In this document: positions 20,008-30,455 of the stretch, in pieces
Numbering within the stretch: the stretch's first letter is position 1
Layout of the letters: every line of letters starts with the position of its first letter
Assembly: GCA_964512485.1 (NCBI GenBank)
Contig: CAZEHJ010000001.1
Span: forward strand, 15,523 to 79,522
DNA from: an uncultured Rhodothermales bacterium
GTDB taxonomy: Bacteria > Bacteroidota > Rhodothermia > Rhodothermales > UBA10348
Direction: 5' to 3'
Length of the DNA: 64,000 bases
Program-made: the position numbers and the translations under genes
The notes under the pieces: model-generated
What the model was told of the DNA's origin: nothing
The model's input: only the letters and a program-made list of their open reading frames with translations
Databases searched by the model: none

Positions 20008-20282
20008 TCTCGTCTCAGTTTGTTTTTTTCGTCGGATGTGAGCTCCAGCCAGTGAATATTCCTCAGTCCGGCCTCGAGAGCATATATCAGATTCATGGAT
20101 GCATTGGTCCCTTTGCCCTTCAGAATTCTGAATAGCAGCGGCAGGCCCAGTTTTCTGATGTCTCCGACCGTCGAAACATCCACGTCGGCGAGCATCTTGC
20201 GAGAGGCAGGCCCCAGGTTTTTGATTTCCGATACCGGTGTGGAATCTGAAGGATTCATTCTGATCTTCGTTAGGCAGGTCAT
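19992..20282 (-). CDS. TfoX C-terminal-domain-only protein
   Basis: 96 aa. VSEIKNLGPASRKMLADVDVSTVGDIRKLG is a helix-hairpin-helix segment typical of the TfoX_C domain. 16-nt overlap with the downstream ORF. Confidence 0.5.
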   Translation of the reverse strand: MTCLTKIRMNPSDSTPVSEIKNLGPASRKMLADVDVSTVGDIRKLGLPLLFRILKGKGTNASMNLIYALEAGLRNIHWLELTSDEKNKLRRECIDD

Positions 20283-20363
20283 TTTATTGCCTGTCGCTTG
20301 CGATACTACGAACCCTTAGATTTCGCCGCCACCCATATTCAGAGTTACTCGATCCAGCACATC

Positions 20364-21749
20364 ATGCCGAAAATGCTCAAGACGTTAATCATTCTTCTTC
20401 TCGCGACCGGTTTCGCTCGGTCGTCATTTGCATTTCAAGCGGAAGGCCCTTCATCGTTCCCGGAACAGCTTCAGTCCAATGTCGATCAGTTGATTGCGGC
20501 CGCGATGGCTGACAGTGCTGCATGGGAGCGACTCGCCTACCTGACTGATACGTTCGGCCCGCGCTTTTCAGGAACCGAAAACCTCGAAAATGCTCTCGAT
20601 TGGATTCTGGAAGAAATGGAGCGTGACGGGCTCGACAATGTGCACTCAGAGCCGGTTAAAGTGCCTCACTGGGTGCGAGGCGAGGAGTCACTGCTTTTGC
20701 TCTCCCCGCACACAAGAAGCCTGCAAATACTGGGACTCGGAGGAAGTATTGGAACCCCTCGTGGCGGAATTCAGGCAGAAGTGCTGGTTGTGGGATCCTA
20801 CGATGATCTGGAAGCGCGAAAAACCGAAGCTGAAGGCAAGATCGTATTGTGGAACGTCCCGTTTACTTCATACGGAGCAACGGTCAGCTATCGTTCCAAC
20901 GGGGCCGTACGCGCTGCGGAAGCCGGTGCAGTTGCCAGCTTGGTTCGCTCAGTCGGGCCTGAGTCGATGTATACTCCCCACACAGGCGCTTCCAGCTACG
21001 ACGAAAATGTCCTCCGCATCCCGCACGCTGCAGTCACGATTGAAGATGCCATGATGATGCAGAGAATGCAGGACCGCGGGCATAAGATAGAAGTTCGCCT
21101 CGAAATGGATGACTACTGGTTGCCAGATGCGGATTCGCGCAACGTGATGGGTGAAATCGTTGGAAGTGAATTTCCCGATGAGGTGATTGTCTTTGGTGGA
21201 CACATCGATTCGTGGGACGTGGGAACGGGAGCGATGGACGACGCAGGCGGATGTGTTGCGGCATGGGAGGCTTTGCGTCTGATGAAGGCTCTTGGTTTCA
21301 CACCGAAGCGGACCATCCGTGTTGTGATGTGGACGAATGAGGAAAATGGGATGCGCGGTGGAAATGCTTATCGCGATGTCCACATGGACGAATTGAACGA
21401 TCACATTCTGGCGATGGAATCAGATGGCGGCGTGTTTAAACCAATTGGCTTCGGCTTCACTGGAAGCGACGCTGCATTCGATACGATTACCCAGATTGGG
21501 AAACTCCTGGAGCCAATAGAATCCGGTACCATCACACGAGGAGGGGGAGGGGCGGACATCGGCCCCATTATGCGTGAGGGCGTTCCGGGGATGGGTCTTC
21601 GCGTTGACGGCAGTCGGTATTTCTGGTATCACCATACCAACGCGGATTACGTCGATAAACTGGATCCGGACCACGTTGCAAGAAGTGTCGCAACCATGGG
21701 TGTGATGGCCTATGTGGTTGCGGATATGGAGCAACGACTTCCGCGGTAA
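20364..21749 (+). CDS. Secreted M28-family aminopeptidase
   Basis: Start moved to MPKMLKTLIILLLATGFA (signal peptide). Zinc-site context GGHIDSWDVGTGAMDDAGG and WTNEENGMRGG. Confidence 0.8.
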   Translation: MPKMLKTLIILLLATGFARSSFAFQAEGPSSFPEQLQSNVDQLIAAAMADSAAWERLAYLTDTFGPRFSGTENLENALDWILEEMERDGLDNVHSEPVKVPHWVRGEESLLLLSPHTRSLQILGLGGSIGTPRGGIQAEVLVVGSYDDLEARKTEAEGKIVLWNVPFTSYGATVSYRSNGAVRAAEAGAVASLVRSVGPESMYTPHTGASSYDENVLRIPHAAVTIEDAMMMQRMQDRGHKIEVRLEMDDYWLPDADSRNVMGEIVGSEFPDEVIVFGGHIDSWDVGTGAMDDAGGCVAAWEALRLMKALGFTPKRTIRVVMWTNEENGMRGGNAYRDVHMDELNDHILAMESDGGVFKPIGFGFTGSDAAFDTITQIGKLLEPIESGTITRGGGGADIGPIMREGVPGMGLRVDGSRYFWYHHTNADYVDKLDPDHVARSVATMGVMAYVVADMEQRLPR

Positions 21750-21898
21750 ATCCACGGTCTTGACAGGGTTGGCTTCCGGACTGCCAGGATATTGAAAGTC
21801 AGCTCGTTTTTAGAGGGACAATTATGTGGTTCTCGAATTAAGAAGATGGTGATCGGGCCGATATCCCCTACAGGTTTCCCACCTGTATTCTCGGATTT

Positions 21899-22894
21899 AT
21901 GAACGCCCTGAAATTCCTCTTATTGTCCTGTTTCATCTGGATTGCGGCCCCAACGCAACTCCATGCACAAGAATATGTTACGACTTCGCCCAACGCAGGC
22001 GAGGGCATATGGAGCCTTCTGCGGCGATCCGGGGTAGATCCGACTCCTACCTCGGTGAATGAATTCAAAGTCTTGAACCAGGATGTATTGCAAGGCGAGG
22101 TGAGCCTGCATACCGATCTGAACTATCGAATTCCCACAAGTGGAAAAGCTGATAAAAACTATCCAATATTCGGGCCTGAACACGCGTCCGTTTCTATTAA
22201 GAGTGATCGCCTCGAGGGGCATGTGTACTACATAGTCGGAGGCCACGGCGGACCAGACCCGGGTACACTGGGCACTTATGGTGGAAAACGAATTGCAGAA
22301 GATGAGATCGCGTACGACACATCGCTTCGATTGGCTCGCGAGCTCCTCACCGAAGGAGCCACTGTGCATATCATCGTTCAGGATCCCGATGATGGAATTC
22401 GTGACGACACATATTTGCCGGCGGATCGAGATGAAAAGTATCTGGGGGGTAAAACAATCGTTCTCAATCAGGCAAGTCGGTTACGGACGAGAGCCAGGAT
22501 CATCAATAGTCTATATGATTCTCACAGGTCAACTGCTCTGAGTCAGCAGGTCATCTCCCTGCATGTGGATTCTTACGGCTACAAGGTGGAGCCCCAGGTG
22601 GATGTCCACTTTATTGTGGCCAGCGAGAGCGGGAGGGAACTGGGTGAGGATATTCGCTCCGCGATGGAAAAAAGTTATGCCGAGCACCAGCCCAATCGCG
22701 GATACCATGGAGAGATTAAGTCGCGCGATCTTATGATTCTGCGTGAGACCAAACCTCCAGCTATCCTCATCGAACTGGGAAACATTCGTCATCCGGGGGA
22801 CCAGCAGCGTCTCGTCAAGCCGGAAAACCGTCAGACTCTTGCTGAGTGGATCAAAGACGGACTTCTCGAACGTGCCGCCAACGTCAGGACGTAG
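21899..22894 (+). CDS. N-acetylmuramoyl-L-alanine amidase (Amidase_3)
   Basis: 331 aa with a signal peptide. VGGHGGPDPGT and ILIELGNIRHPGD are Amidase_3 signatures. The N-terminal segment is LysM-like. Confidence 0.8.
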   Translation: MNALKFLLLSCFIWIAAPTQLHAQEYVTTSPNAGEGIWSLLRRSGVDPTPTSVNEFKVLNQDVLQGEVSLHTDLNYRIPTSGKADKNYPIFGPEHASVSIKSDRLEGHVYYIVGGHGGPDPGTLGTYGGKRIAEDEIAYDTSLRLARELLTEGATVHIIVQDPDDGIRDDTYLPADRDEKYLGGKTIVLNQASRLRTRARIINSLYDSHRSTALSQQVISLHVDSYGYKVEPQVDVHFIVASESGRELGEDIRSAMEKSYAEHQPNRGYHGEIKSRDLMILRETKPPAILIELGNIRHPGDQQRLVKPENRQTLAEWIKDGLLERAANVRT

Positions 22895-22957
22895 ATCGAG
22901 CCGCGCAAACACCTTATCCATACGGAAGACTTGCTCCTTAGCCCGTCATTTCCAAGT

Positions 22958-24685
22958 TTATCGCACGACAGATACACTGCGGGTAGAAACCTCTCCGTCG
23001 ACGATCATGCGAATGAAATAGATTCCCGTCGCGACATCTCCAGCCTTCCACACGGCCTCATTTTCTCCAGCAGACCGATAGCCCTCAAACAGTTTTTTGA
23101 TGTGGCGACCGACACTGTCAAAGAGATCAATTCTTACCTGAGACCTTGTCGGTATGGTGTATGAGATTGTAGACCAACTGGTCGTCGGATTCGGATACGA
23201 AGAGATCAAGAATCCATTGTGGCGGGATTCTGGATGTTCGATGGCCGTCGCAGCCGGGTCGATAACGATAAACTGTCCCATCATGCCACCATCTTCGTGG
23301 CCGAGAAAGTGGCAGTGGTACATGAACGGAGTCACCGGGTCGGCAAAATCGAGAAAGCGGGTGATGAATCGAACCGTTTCGTTGGGATAGACCAACACAA
23401 CATCCTTCCATCCGGCTTCATTTGCCGCAGGTGGTTGCCCTCCGCGATCCAGAATCTGAAATTGGATATCGTGAATGTGAAACGGATGAGGGCCGCCTGT
23501 CCGGTTTTGGAGTTCCCATATCTCGGTGTCACCGAGTTGGACGATTTCATTGATGATATCCAGGTCCATTTCGACTCCATTGATGGCCAGAGGAGTTCCG
23601 GGGCCACCAATAGTATTGAGAATGATGGGGCGGACCCTGTCGGTTTCTGACTCAAGGATGGGTTCAATCGTTACGAGATTGTCCGGTATCGCCAGAATCG
23701 AGGTCGCGTCAGCATCGACAACCCTGAGCTCCATCAACTCGAAATCAGTTCCATCAATGTTTCCGGGTGGTCCCGGGGGTGCCCCGGGAGCTGGTACTCC
23801 ACCAGGCTCATTGCGGGTCAACTCTGAGGAGTAGCTCATCAGCGAAAGAGACTCTCCCGAACGCCCGTTTAGATCGACTAATATTTCTGCTCTTTCTCCG
23901 GGAGCCATCCGAATCCGCGTCAATGACACTGGATTTTGGAGCAAACCGCCATCGGATCCGATCTGCTTCATCTCGGAGTTGTCGCTCATTCCGACCTGAT
24001 ACACCCTGGAATTGGATCCATTGAGGAGTCGCAATCGGACGATTCCAGCCTTGGCTTCCAGGAACGGGTCGACGGTTCCATTGACAACTATGGTGGTTCC
24101 TTGCTGTCCTACTCCGCCTTCGTTGAATAGAAACTGACGGTTGGGGATGAACTGTCTGTCCTGAATTACCAGGGGGATGTCATCTACGCCGTACGTGCGT
24201 GGTAGGGCGAGTGATGCTTCAACCTCATCCCGAACAATGATCATACCGGCCAGCCCCCGATACACGTGCTCGCTGGTGTGTTCGTGGAGGTGAGGATGAT
24301 ACCAGAATGTGGTTGCGTTGTCGAGAACCTCAAATTGAGGAGACCAGGTCGCTCCTGCGTCGATAACGCTGTGTGGACCTCCGTCATCTTCGGGCGCGAC
24401 GTGCATTCCATGCCAGTGTACAGTGGTTGGCTCGCCGATATTGTTGGTCACGTTCATCGTAACGGTCTCACCTTTTTCGAGAATCAGGGTCGGACCCAGA
24501 TACGAGCCATTGAATCCGTAGGTATTGGTTTGACTACCGGCGAAAAATTCGTGGCTAGAAGGAGCCATCGTGAGATCAAACTGGGTCCCTTCCAGCACCG
24601 CAGGAATGCGCAGTTCGTTCTGTGCCGCCACGTCGGAGACGAGAATGAATACTGTGAACGAAGCGATAAAAAAGCGTAAAGTCAT
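22958..24685 (-). CDS. Multicopper oxidase (CueO / laccase / bilirubin-oxidase-like) with T9SS C-terminal sorting domain
   Basis: Copper motifs HWHGMHV, HPHLHEHT, HPFHIHD and YHCHFLGHEDGGMMG. The C-terminus SYPNPTTSWSTISYTIP...GIYFIRMIVDGEVSTRSVSVVR is a Por tail. Start taken at MTLRFFIASF (signal peptide). Confidence 0.85.
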   Translation of the reverse strand: MTLRFFIASFTVFILVSDVAAQNELRIPAVLEGTQFDLTMAPSSHEFFAGSQTNTYGFNGSYLGPTLILEKGETVTMNVTNNIGEPTTVHWHGMHVAPEDDGGPHSVIDAGATWSPQFEVLDNATTFWYHPHLHEHTSEHVYRGLAGMIIVRDEVEASLALPRTYGVDDIPLVIQDRQFIPNRQFLFNEGGVGQQGTTIVVNGTVDPFLEAKAGIVRLRLLNGSNSRVYQVGMSDNSEMKQIGSDGGLLQNPVSLTRIRMAPGERAEILVDLNGRSGESLSLMSYSSELTRNEPGGVPAPGAPPGPPGNIDGTDFELMELRVVDADATSILAIPDNLVTIEPILESETDRVRPIILNTIGGPGTPLAINGVEMDLDIINEIVQLGDTEIWELQNRTGGPHPFHIHDIQFQILDRGGQPPAANEAGWKDVVLVYPNETVRFITRFLDFADPVTPFMYHCHFLGHEDGGMMGQFIVIDPAATAIEHPESRHNGFLISSYPNPTTSWSTISYTIPTRSQVRIDLFDSVGRHIKKLFEGYRSAGENEAVWKAGDVATGIYFIRMIVDGEVSTRSVSVVR

Positions 24686-24857
24686 TGCGTCGGTGCCGGG
24701 TTGTTGTGAGGCAGATGATATGGTACACAATTCAGATGTTGTGAAATGTTACGATTGTATCCCAAATGACGGCTAACTTCTGAAACCGCGCCGTACCTGG
24801 TCGATATGACCTGTGGCCGGTTGAAATGCTAATTGCAACACTTAAAATGAGTTTAGA

Positions 24858-25559
24858 ATGCGTCGTATAGCTGCCGTACTGATTCTGATCACCAGCCCTT
24901 TCATTGTGGTGGATGCGTCTTCCCAGATCAGTGCTGACGGGGGAATATCGTTCAACGTGGGCGTACCGATGGGAGAGTTTGGAGACCAGCTCGAATCGAC
25001 CGGATTTGGCGGCAACATCTACGGCGCGATCAGCATGGCCGGATCACCGCTGAAGGTCGGGCTTGACGTGGGATACTTGTTGTATGGGCGCGAGAGGCGA
25101 AATGAACCATTTTCGACGACGATCCCGGACGTTCGTGTTGATGTCATCACGGACAACAACATGGTCAATGGGCACCTCTTTCTTCGACTCCAACCTGACG
25201 TTCCCGGAATTCGACCTTACGCGGATGCTCTGATCGGCTTCAAGCATCTTTTTACAGAGACTCGAATTAAAAACGAAGGGTTCGATGATCTGGATATCGC
25301 CCGGTCGACCAACTTTGACGATACCGCACTCAGTTATGGTTTTGGTGGAGGAATTCAATTCAAAGTCTTCACTGCCAAAACAGACGAAGGTCCGGGGGCC
25401 GTTTACATTGACTTGGGCGCGAAATACCTGATAGGATCGCGTGCCGGCTACCTCAAAGAAGGATCGATTCGCAGAGAAGCGGGCTCGGTCACTTTTGACG
25501 TGACAAATTCTGATACAACGATCCTGATTGCTCAGATGGGAGTAACATTCAGCTTCTGA
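24858..25559 (+). CDS. Outer-membrane beta-barrel protein
   Basis: 233 aa with a signal peptide, alternating hydrophobic strands and a terminal ...GVTFSF. Confidence 0.5.
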   Translation: MRRIAAVLILITSPFIVVDASSQISADGGISFNVGVPMGEFGDQLESTGFGGNIYGAISMAGSPLKVGLDVGYLLYGRERRNEPFSTTIPDVRVDVITDNNMVNGHLFLRLQPDVPGIRPYADALIGFKHLFTETRIKNEGFDDLDIARSTNFDDTALSYGFGGGIQFKVFTAKTDEGPGAVYIDLGAKYLIGSRAGYLKEGSIRREAGSVTFDVTNSDTTILIAQMGVTFSF

Positions 25560-25627
25560 CCTTGTGGCTCTTGCGGCGGCAGAGGAGAACGGAAAGAGTT
25601 TGAGGTACGGGCCTCAAACAAGCAGCG

Positions 25628-25906
25628 TCAGTCGAGAATGGCCTTCAGGTCGCTGTCAAAAGCGTCCCTATGATCGGCGTCGAGATCCTTTCTCAAGCCT
25701 TTGAAATCTCCGGTCGTCAGATCTCGGTCGATCTGCTCGGTCAACCATTCCGATTCGAAGAATCCCATCATCTTCAACCCGTACTTGGATTCAAAGTATG
25801 AAACGAGTTGAGTGGCTGAAGAATCTGATGGATCCGCATCATAACCTGCATTCTTAAGAAATGAATGGATTTTCAGGGACAGGCTGTCCAATTTTTTTTG
25901 GCGCAT
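25628..25906 (-). CDS. Hypothetical small acidic protein
   Basis: 92-aa ORF, co-directional with the kinase/ABM genes. No motif recognised. Confidence 0.3.
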   Translation of the reverse strand: MRQKKLDSLSLKIHSFLKNAGYDADPSDSSATQLVSYFESKYGLKMMGFFESEWLTEQIDRDLTTGDFKGLRKDLDADHRDAFDSDLKAILD

Positions 25907-25970
25907 CTTGAAGCTGAGAGGAGTTCAAATCTGTGTCTCACTCCCTGTATCGGACTTTCAGCAACCAATT

Positions 25971-26732
25971 TTAAGAGCTGGATACGGATTCTCCCGATAC
26001 AACCTGGTACCCACGTACTGATACATCATCTTCGATCAGAGTCGATTTCTGCTTCGCCGGATCGAGTGTCATTTTCCACTGATACATTTCAGACAGATAT
26101 GGCATCGCGCGGGACATCAGTTCGGAAAACTTTCCGCTCGCCTCATAGGCATGGGCGGCATCTTCATTTTCCCATATTGTGATCGACAATCCTTCACTTT
26201 TACCCTTCATTCCGATCAGATACGCCGCTTTGCAACCAGGGACATTCAACAGCTCCGGCACCAATTCGTCCTTGTAAAGTGCACTCAAGTCATCAAAAGA
26301 GGCCGGAATAACCGTTGCATTCAGGATCCTGATATAGGTGTGATCTTCAATTTTTTCCCCGAGCTCGTCTTCAGCAGTCCCGGCGGCGACCGGCATAGCT
26401 TTGACCACCGGCTCCTCCTTTACAGGCAGATACTCCAGCGTGTTGTCGGAAGAAAGCTGAATCTTCCACTCTGTTGATTCAGCTTCGAAGGGTGCATTTT
26501 CTGCAATCAGACTGGCATACTGGCCCGAGTCTTCATAGATAAATGCTTTTTCCGCAGTTTCCCAGAGAGTGAAGGAGATGAATTCTGTTTCTGACTCAAT
26601 TCCTCGAATCAGGCGCGCAAACTCACACCCATCGACCGCAAGAAGGGCCGGGGCAACCCTGTGCTCATAGAAACGCTCAAAAGCTTCGGCAGCGTCCGGT
26701 TTAATGCTAAGTTGGACGAATCGCATAAACAT
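25971..26732 (-). CDS. Tandem ABM (antibiotic-biosynthesis-monooxygenase-like, dimeric alpha/beta barrel) domain protein
   Basis: 253 aa with two internal repeats of the pattern ...F...Y...V.P.L....GC..A.LI.......F.S.T.WE.... (aa 3-95 and 135-230). Confidence 0.5.
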   Translation of the reverse strand: MFMRFVQLSIKPDAAEAFERFYEHRVAPALLAVDGCEFARLIRGIESETEFISFTLWETAEKAFIYEDSGQYASLIAENAPFEAESTEWKIQLSSDNTLEYLPVKEEPVVKAMPVAAGTAEDELGEKIEDHTYIRILNATVIPASFDDLSALYKDELVPELLNVPGCKAAYLIGMKGKSEGLSITIWENEDAAHAYEASGKFSELMSRAMPYLSEMYQWKMTLDPAKQKSTLIEDDVSVRGYQVVSGESVSSS

Positions 26733-26764
26733 GTCGTTTCCTCCTCTGGTGGGTTCGTGGTTGT

Positions 26765-29700
26765 CTAATTATCGGGTTCGCGGACCGATTGATCAAGTAG
26801 TCGCTCAATTCGGGACCGGGCGTAGCGGACTTTGGGTTGTAGATCTGCGTCTGCTTCTTCCCACAGATCAACAAAATTGGAATAAGCTTCAATGGCTTGG
26901 TCCGTCTGCCCACTTCGGCTGTACAACTCGCCCATGTCCAGCCAGGCCGCCGGGCGAGCATTGCCGACAAATTCAACTGACTGGCCTGTAGTCCAGTCTT
27001 GAAAAATCTCGTATTGCTTCAACGCCTGTTCAACGCTGTCCATTTCGGCGAGATACATGGCTTCAATATTTCGGAAACAGTTAAAACATCGATCTTCCAG
27101 ACGACCCCGCCGTAGTGTTTCCACAGCCTCCATCGGATTGCCTTCTGCTCTCAGGATCTCCGCTCTCGCAACATGCCTGGAAAAATCTCCACGTTGGATA
27201 CCTTCGGGCAGCTCGGAAGAGAAGCGATGCATGAGTGATTTAGCTTCGTCAATTTCGCCGAGCCGAGCTTTCACAGAAGCTACTTGCGTGTACGGTCGGT
27301 TGTAGATCGATATGGAATCGAGAGGAACCTCTTCGAGCCCTTTTTCGAGGGCCAAAGCAGCTTGATCCAGTTCACTTTCATTCAGGATGAAATTCCAGGC
27401 GAGTCCAATGAAGTTATTGAGTGCACCTGCTTTGTTTCCCCGCAGAAGCTCGTATTCCGTGGACTGATCGGCGTAGGCCTGGGCCTGATCCATCCGGCCC
27501 GTTAATTCCGAGAAGCGTTGTTTCAGAAACGCCTCGTATTCAAGCCAAATGGGCTGCGTACTGCGCTCGGAAATAGAAATCAACTGGTCAGCACCCCGAA
27601 CATCTCCGCGCAAAATGGCCAGCTGAAATCTCATTGAAGGGGTTGAGGCGTGACCCGGCTGTACTTCCTCAAATTTATCGAGCGTTGCCTCGGCTTCGTC
27701 GTAACGTTTGAGGGCCGCGAGCGTGTTGAAGTAATTCGAGTAATAAACCCACCGCTGTCCCATTTCGAGCGCTCGTTCCAGTACGACAATCGCATCCTCG
27801 TACCGTCCCATCCGCTGGTAGAAGATCGACACATTATTGAGTGCGGCCGTGTTTCCCGGATCAATTTCCAACAGGCTTTCATAAGCGGCAACGGCTTTAT
27901 CCGCGTCTCCAGTAACTACGGAATGATAGTAGGCCACCGTCATGAACCGCTCTCTTTCCGGCAAGCGCTCTCGCAAGTTATAAGCATTCGTGGAGGCCTC
28001 GACCTGAAGGTCGAAGCTGATATTGGCATTTCCGTACACAACAGCCAGTTTGCGATATGCCATCGCAAAGTCAGGATCTCTTTCAATCGATTGGTTCAGC
28101 AATTGAATGGACCGCTGGATATCTCCAGATTCTTCCGCTGCCACCCCTTGGGTGTACAGTCTCAGGGCATCCAGGGAAGAGGTCGTGACCCTGTCAAGGT
28201 CCGCATTTCCACGAATGGACTTGATCGACTCTCCGATGCGCTCGCGCAGGTCTTTCGTGAGTTCATCGACGGCGTCGATTACATCGTTGTCTGAACGGGC
28301 CGTTTGGCTCAACGCGACGAGCTCCGATCCATCATGGGCAGCCAATAATTTGGCTGACAGGAAATAGCCGGCTCCGATCGGGCTGATCTCGCCATGTAGC
28401 ACGGCCTCGGCTCCTTCTCGGGCCGCTATTTCCATCGCAGTGTTGAGATCAATCGTGTCGTCAGTCGATCGATTCATTCGACTCAATACAGCCACAATAT
28501 CCGATGCATCCATGACCTCGACCGTGTTGGACTGGGCGAGAGCAATTCTGAGTAGCTCTGACACGGAGTCAGATAGACCAGCTTCGTCGGTGCGATTGTC
28601 AAATTCCGCTACAATTATTTTTGCATCGTCAACCAGTGCTCCGGACGCCTGAAGGGAAGCAGTCGGACCAATTCCCATATCCCGCATGAGTGAAAGCGAG
28701 ATAGCCAGTATCATCAGACCTCCGATGGCAAAGAATCCCCCCCGAACCGCAAGGGTGTAGGACAGCCACGAAAATGGACCACCAATATCGCGTCCTTCGG
28801 CTTTGCGACGGTCCTGGTTGGCAGCCATGAGCAATGTGGGCAGGCCAAGAAGCATCAGCATCACTCCCAACGGGAAGACCCAGTCTGGCAGACCGATGAA
28901 CCACATAGCTCCGTAGACAATAGCCAATGTAGCCGCGGCAATCGGGGCATAAGCGGTTGCAATCTTTGCCGCGGTTGGAATGCCGGTTTCATCCACCTCC
29001 GGAATCGCTGCTGCAACCGGAACTTGCACGGTCTTTGTGCCCGACGGTGATTTGTACTCATCCAAGCGGGCTGCGATGTGGGCCGCATCCGAAAACCTCT
29101 CCTCGGGATTCTTGGATAGGCACTTCATCACGATGTCAGAAACAGCCTGGGGAATGGATGCATCACGCTCCGTCGGCGATGAAGGCGTTTCGTTTACAAT
29201 TGCATAGACCAGAGCCGCCTCATATCCGCCCTCGAACGGCGTCTGCCCCGTCATCATCTCGTAAAGCAACACACCTGCAGACCAGACATCTGCGCGCACG
29301 TCAACCGATTCTCCCTTCGACTGTTCGGGGCTCATGTAGGCCGCCGTTCCGACGGTTGATCCTGCTTTCGTGAGATCGGAAGACTCGCTGAGTTTGGCCA
29401 CACCGAAGTCCAGAATCTTTACTTCACCACGTGAGGTCAACATGATGTTGGCCGGCTTCACATCGCGGTGGACAATTCCGGCTTCGTGTGCACGCGCAAG
29501 ACCTCTGGATAACTGGATTCCCGTATCCACCGCTTCAGAAAGCGGAAGGGCGCCCTTATCGAGCCTGTATTTCAGTGTCTGTCCATCATAAAAGGTCATC
29601 ACGATGAAGAGTCGCCCCTGTTCGTCTTCATCGATATCGTGGATCGTGCAGATGTTTGCGTGATCCAGCGCTGAGGCTGCCTTTGCTTCCTGGACAAACC

Positions 29701-29857
29701 GTTGCTTGGCAGATTCGTCTGCACTCAGGTGAGGAGGAAGAAATTTCAGGGCGACCGTTCGATCGAGTTTTGTGTCGGTCGCTTTGTAAACAACGCCCAT
29801 TCCTCCTGAACCCAGTTGTTCATGGATTTGATACTGTCCGATGGTCTGGCCGGTCAT
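26765..29857 (-). CDS. Hanks-type Ser/Thr protein kinase with TM segments and a large TPR-containing C-terminal region
   Basis: 1030 aa. GSGGMGVVYKA...VALK, HRDVKPANIML, DFGVAK and SPEQ kinase motifs. TM helices around aa 300-400, then a TolB-N-like module and many TPRs. Confidence 0.9.
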   Translation of the reverse strand: MTGQTIGQYQIHEQLGSGGMGVVYKATDTKLDRTVALKFLPPHLSADESAKQRFVQEAKAASALDHANICTIHDIDEDEQGRLFIVMTFYDGQTLKYRLDKGALPLSEAVDTGIQLSRGLARAHEAGIVHRDVKPANIMLTSRGEVKILDFGVAKLSESSDLTKAGSTVGTAAYMSPEQSKGESVDVRADVWSAGVLLYEMMTGQTPFEGGYEAALVYAIVNETPSSPTERDASIPQAVSDIVMKCLSKNPEERFSDAAHIAARLDEYKSPSGTKTVQVPVAAAIPEVDETGIPTAAKIATAYAPIAAATLAIVYGAMWFIGLPDWVFPLGVMLMLLGLPTLLMAANQDRRKAEGRDIGGPFSWLSYTLAVRGGFFAIGGLMILAISLSLMRDMGIGPTASLQASGALVDDAKIIVAEFDNRTDEAGLSDSVSELLRIALAQSNTVEVMDASDIVAVLSRMNRSTDDTIDLNTAMEIAAREGAEAVLHGEISPIGAGYFLSAKLLAAHDGSELVALSQTARSDNDVIDAVDELTKDLRERIGESIKSIRGNADLDRVTTSSLDALRLYTQGVAAEESGDIQRSIQLLNQSIERDPDFAMAYRKLAVVYGNANISFDLQVEASTNAYNLRERLPERERFMTVAYYHSVVTGDADKAVAAYESLLEIDPGNTAALNNVSIFYQRMGRYEDAIVVLERALEMGQRWVYYSNYFNTLAALKRYDEAEATLDKFEEVQPGHASTPSMRFQLAILRGDVRGADQLISISERSTQPIWLEYEAFLKQRFSELTGRMDQAQAYADQSTEYELLRGNKAGALNNFIGLAWNFILNESELDQAALALEKGLEEVPLDSISIYNRPYTQVASVKARLGEIDEAKSLMHRFSSELPEGIQRGDFSRHVARAEILRAEGNPMEAVETLRRGRLEDRCFNCFRNIEAMYLAEMDSVEQALKQYEIFQDWTTGQSVEFVGNARPAAWLDMGELYSRSGQTDQAIEAYSNFVDLWEEADADLQPKVRYARSRIERLLDQSVREPDN

Positions 29858-29957
29858 TTAGGAGGGTGGGATAGGGGTCTGGGATGGCGTTCGGAAAGGA
29901 TACTCGATCACGTGCGGAATCTCAACGGCATCGCCGAATGATTCGGGCATAAAAAAA

Positions 29958-29982
29958 GGGCGCGAATCAAAGATTCGCGCCC
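29958..29982 (-). terminator. Intrinsic terminator after the STAS gene
   Basis: gggcgcgaatc-aaa-gattcgcgccc is a perfect 11-bp stem. On the minus strand it is followed by a T7 run. Confidence 0.75.
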
Positions 29983-30003
29983 TCAAAAACTCGTTTGAAG
30001 ATC

Positions 30004-30348
30004 CTACGTGCGCATGGCAGCAGCGGCTTCTTCTACAGAATCAAAGTCCTCGAATACGGGCCCCAAAAGCCGTGTCAGAAGAAACAGGTTCTTGATCCTG
30101 TCTTTCATTCCGGCCAGTTTCACATCACCATCTACCTTCTTCATCGTCGTAAGTGCGCCGATGAGTGCTCCGATTCCCGATGAGTCCATGAAATCGGCCC
30201 TGGAGAGATCGATTACAATCTTTGTTTTGCCGGCCTCCTTGAGTTCTTCCAGTTTTTCCTTGAACGCAGGTCCTTCGATGCTGCCCAGGAATTTTCCTGA
30301 AATCTGAAAAACGACAGTCTGGTATTTTTCGCTAGTAGAAAAAGGCAT
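30004..30348 (-). CDS. STAS-domain anti-sigma-factor antagonist (SpoIIAA/RsbV-like)
   Basis: 114 aa. IVIDLSRADFMDSSGIGALIG contains the phosphorylatable DSSG motif. Confidence 0.85.
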   Translation of the reverse strand: MPFSTSEKYQTVVFQISGKFLGSIEGPAFKEKLEELKEAGKTKIVIDLSRADFMDSSGIGALIGALTTMKKVDGDVKLAGMKDRIKNLFLLTRLLGPVFEDFDSVEEAAAAMRT

Positions 30349-30455
30349 TTCGGTGATCTATTGATGGTCAGATATTTATTGATGGAGCAATAAACGTTGG
30401 CAGACGGACAGTACTTCGCCGGGCAACAATAATCAAGCCCCGCCCACTTTTCGTC

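Noticed and set aside
20298-20363. ORF-track start of the M28 peptidase
   Set aside because: The signal peptide begins at the internal Met (MPKMLKTLIILLLATGFA, 20364). The upstream 22 codons look non-coding.
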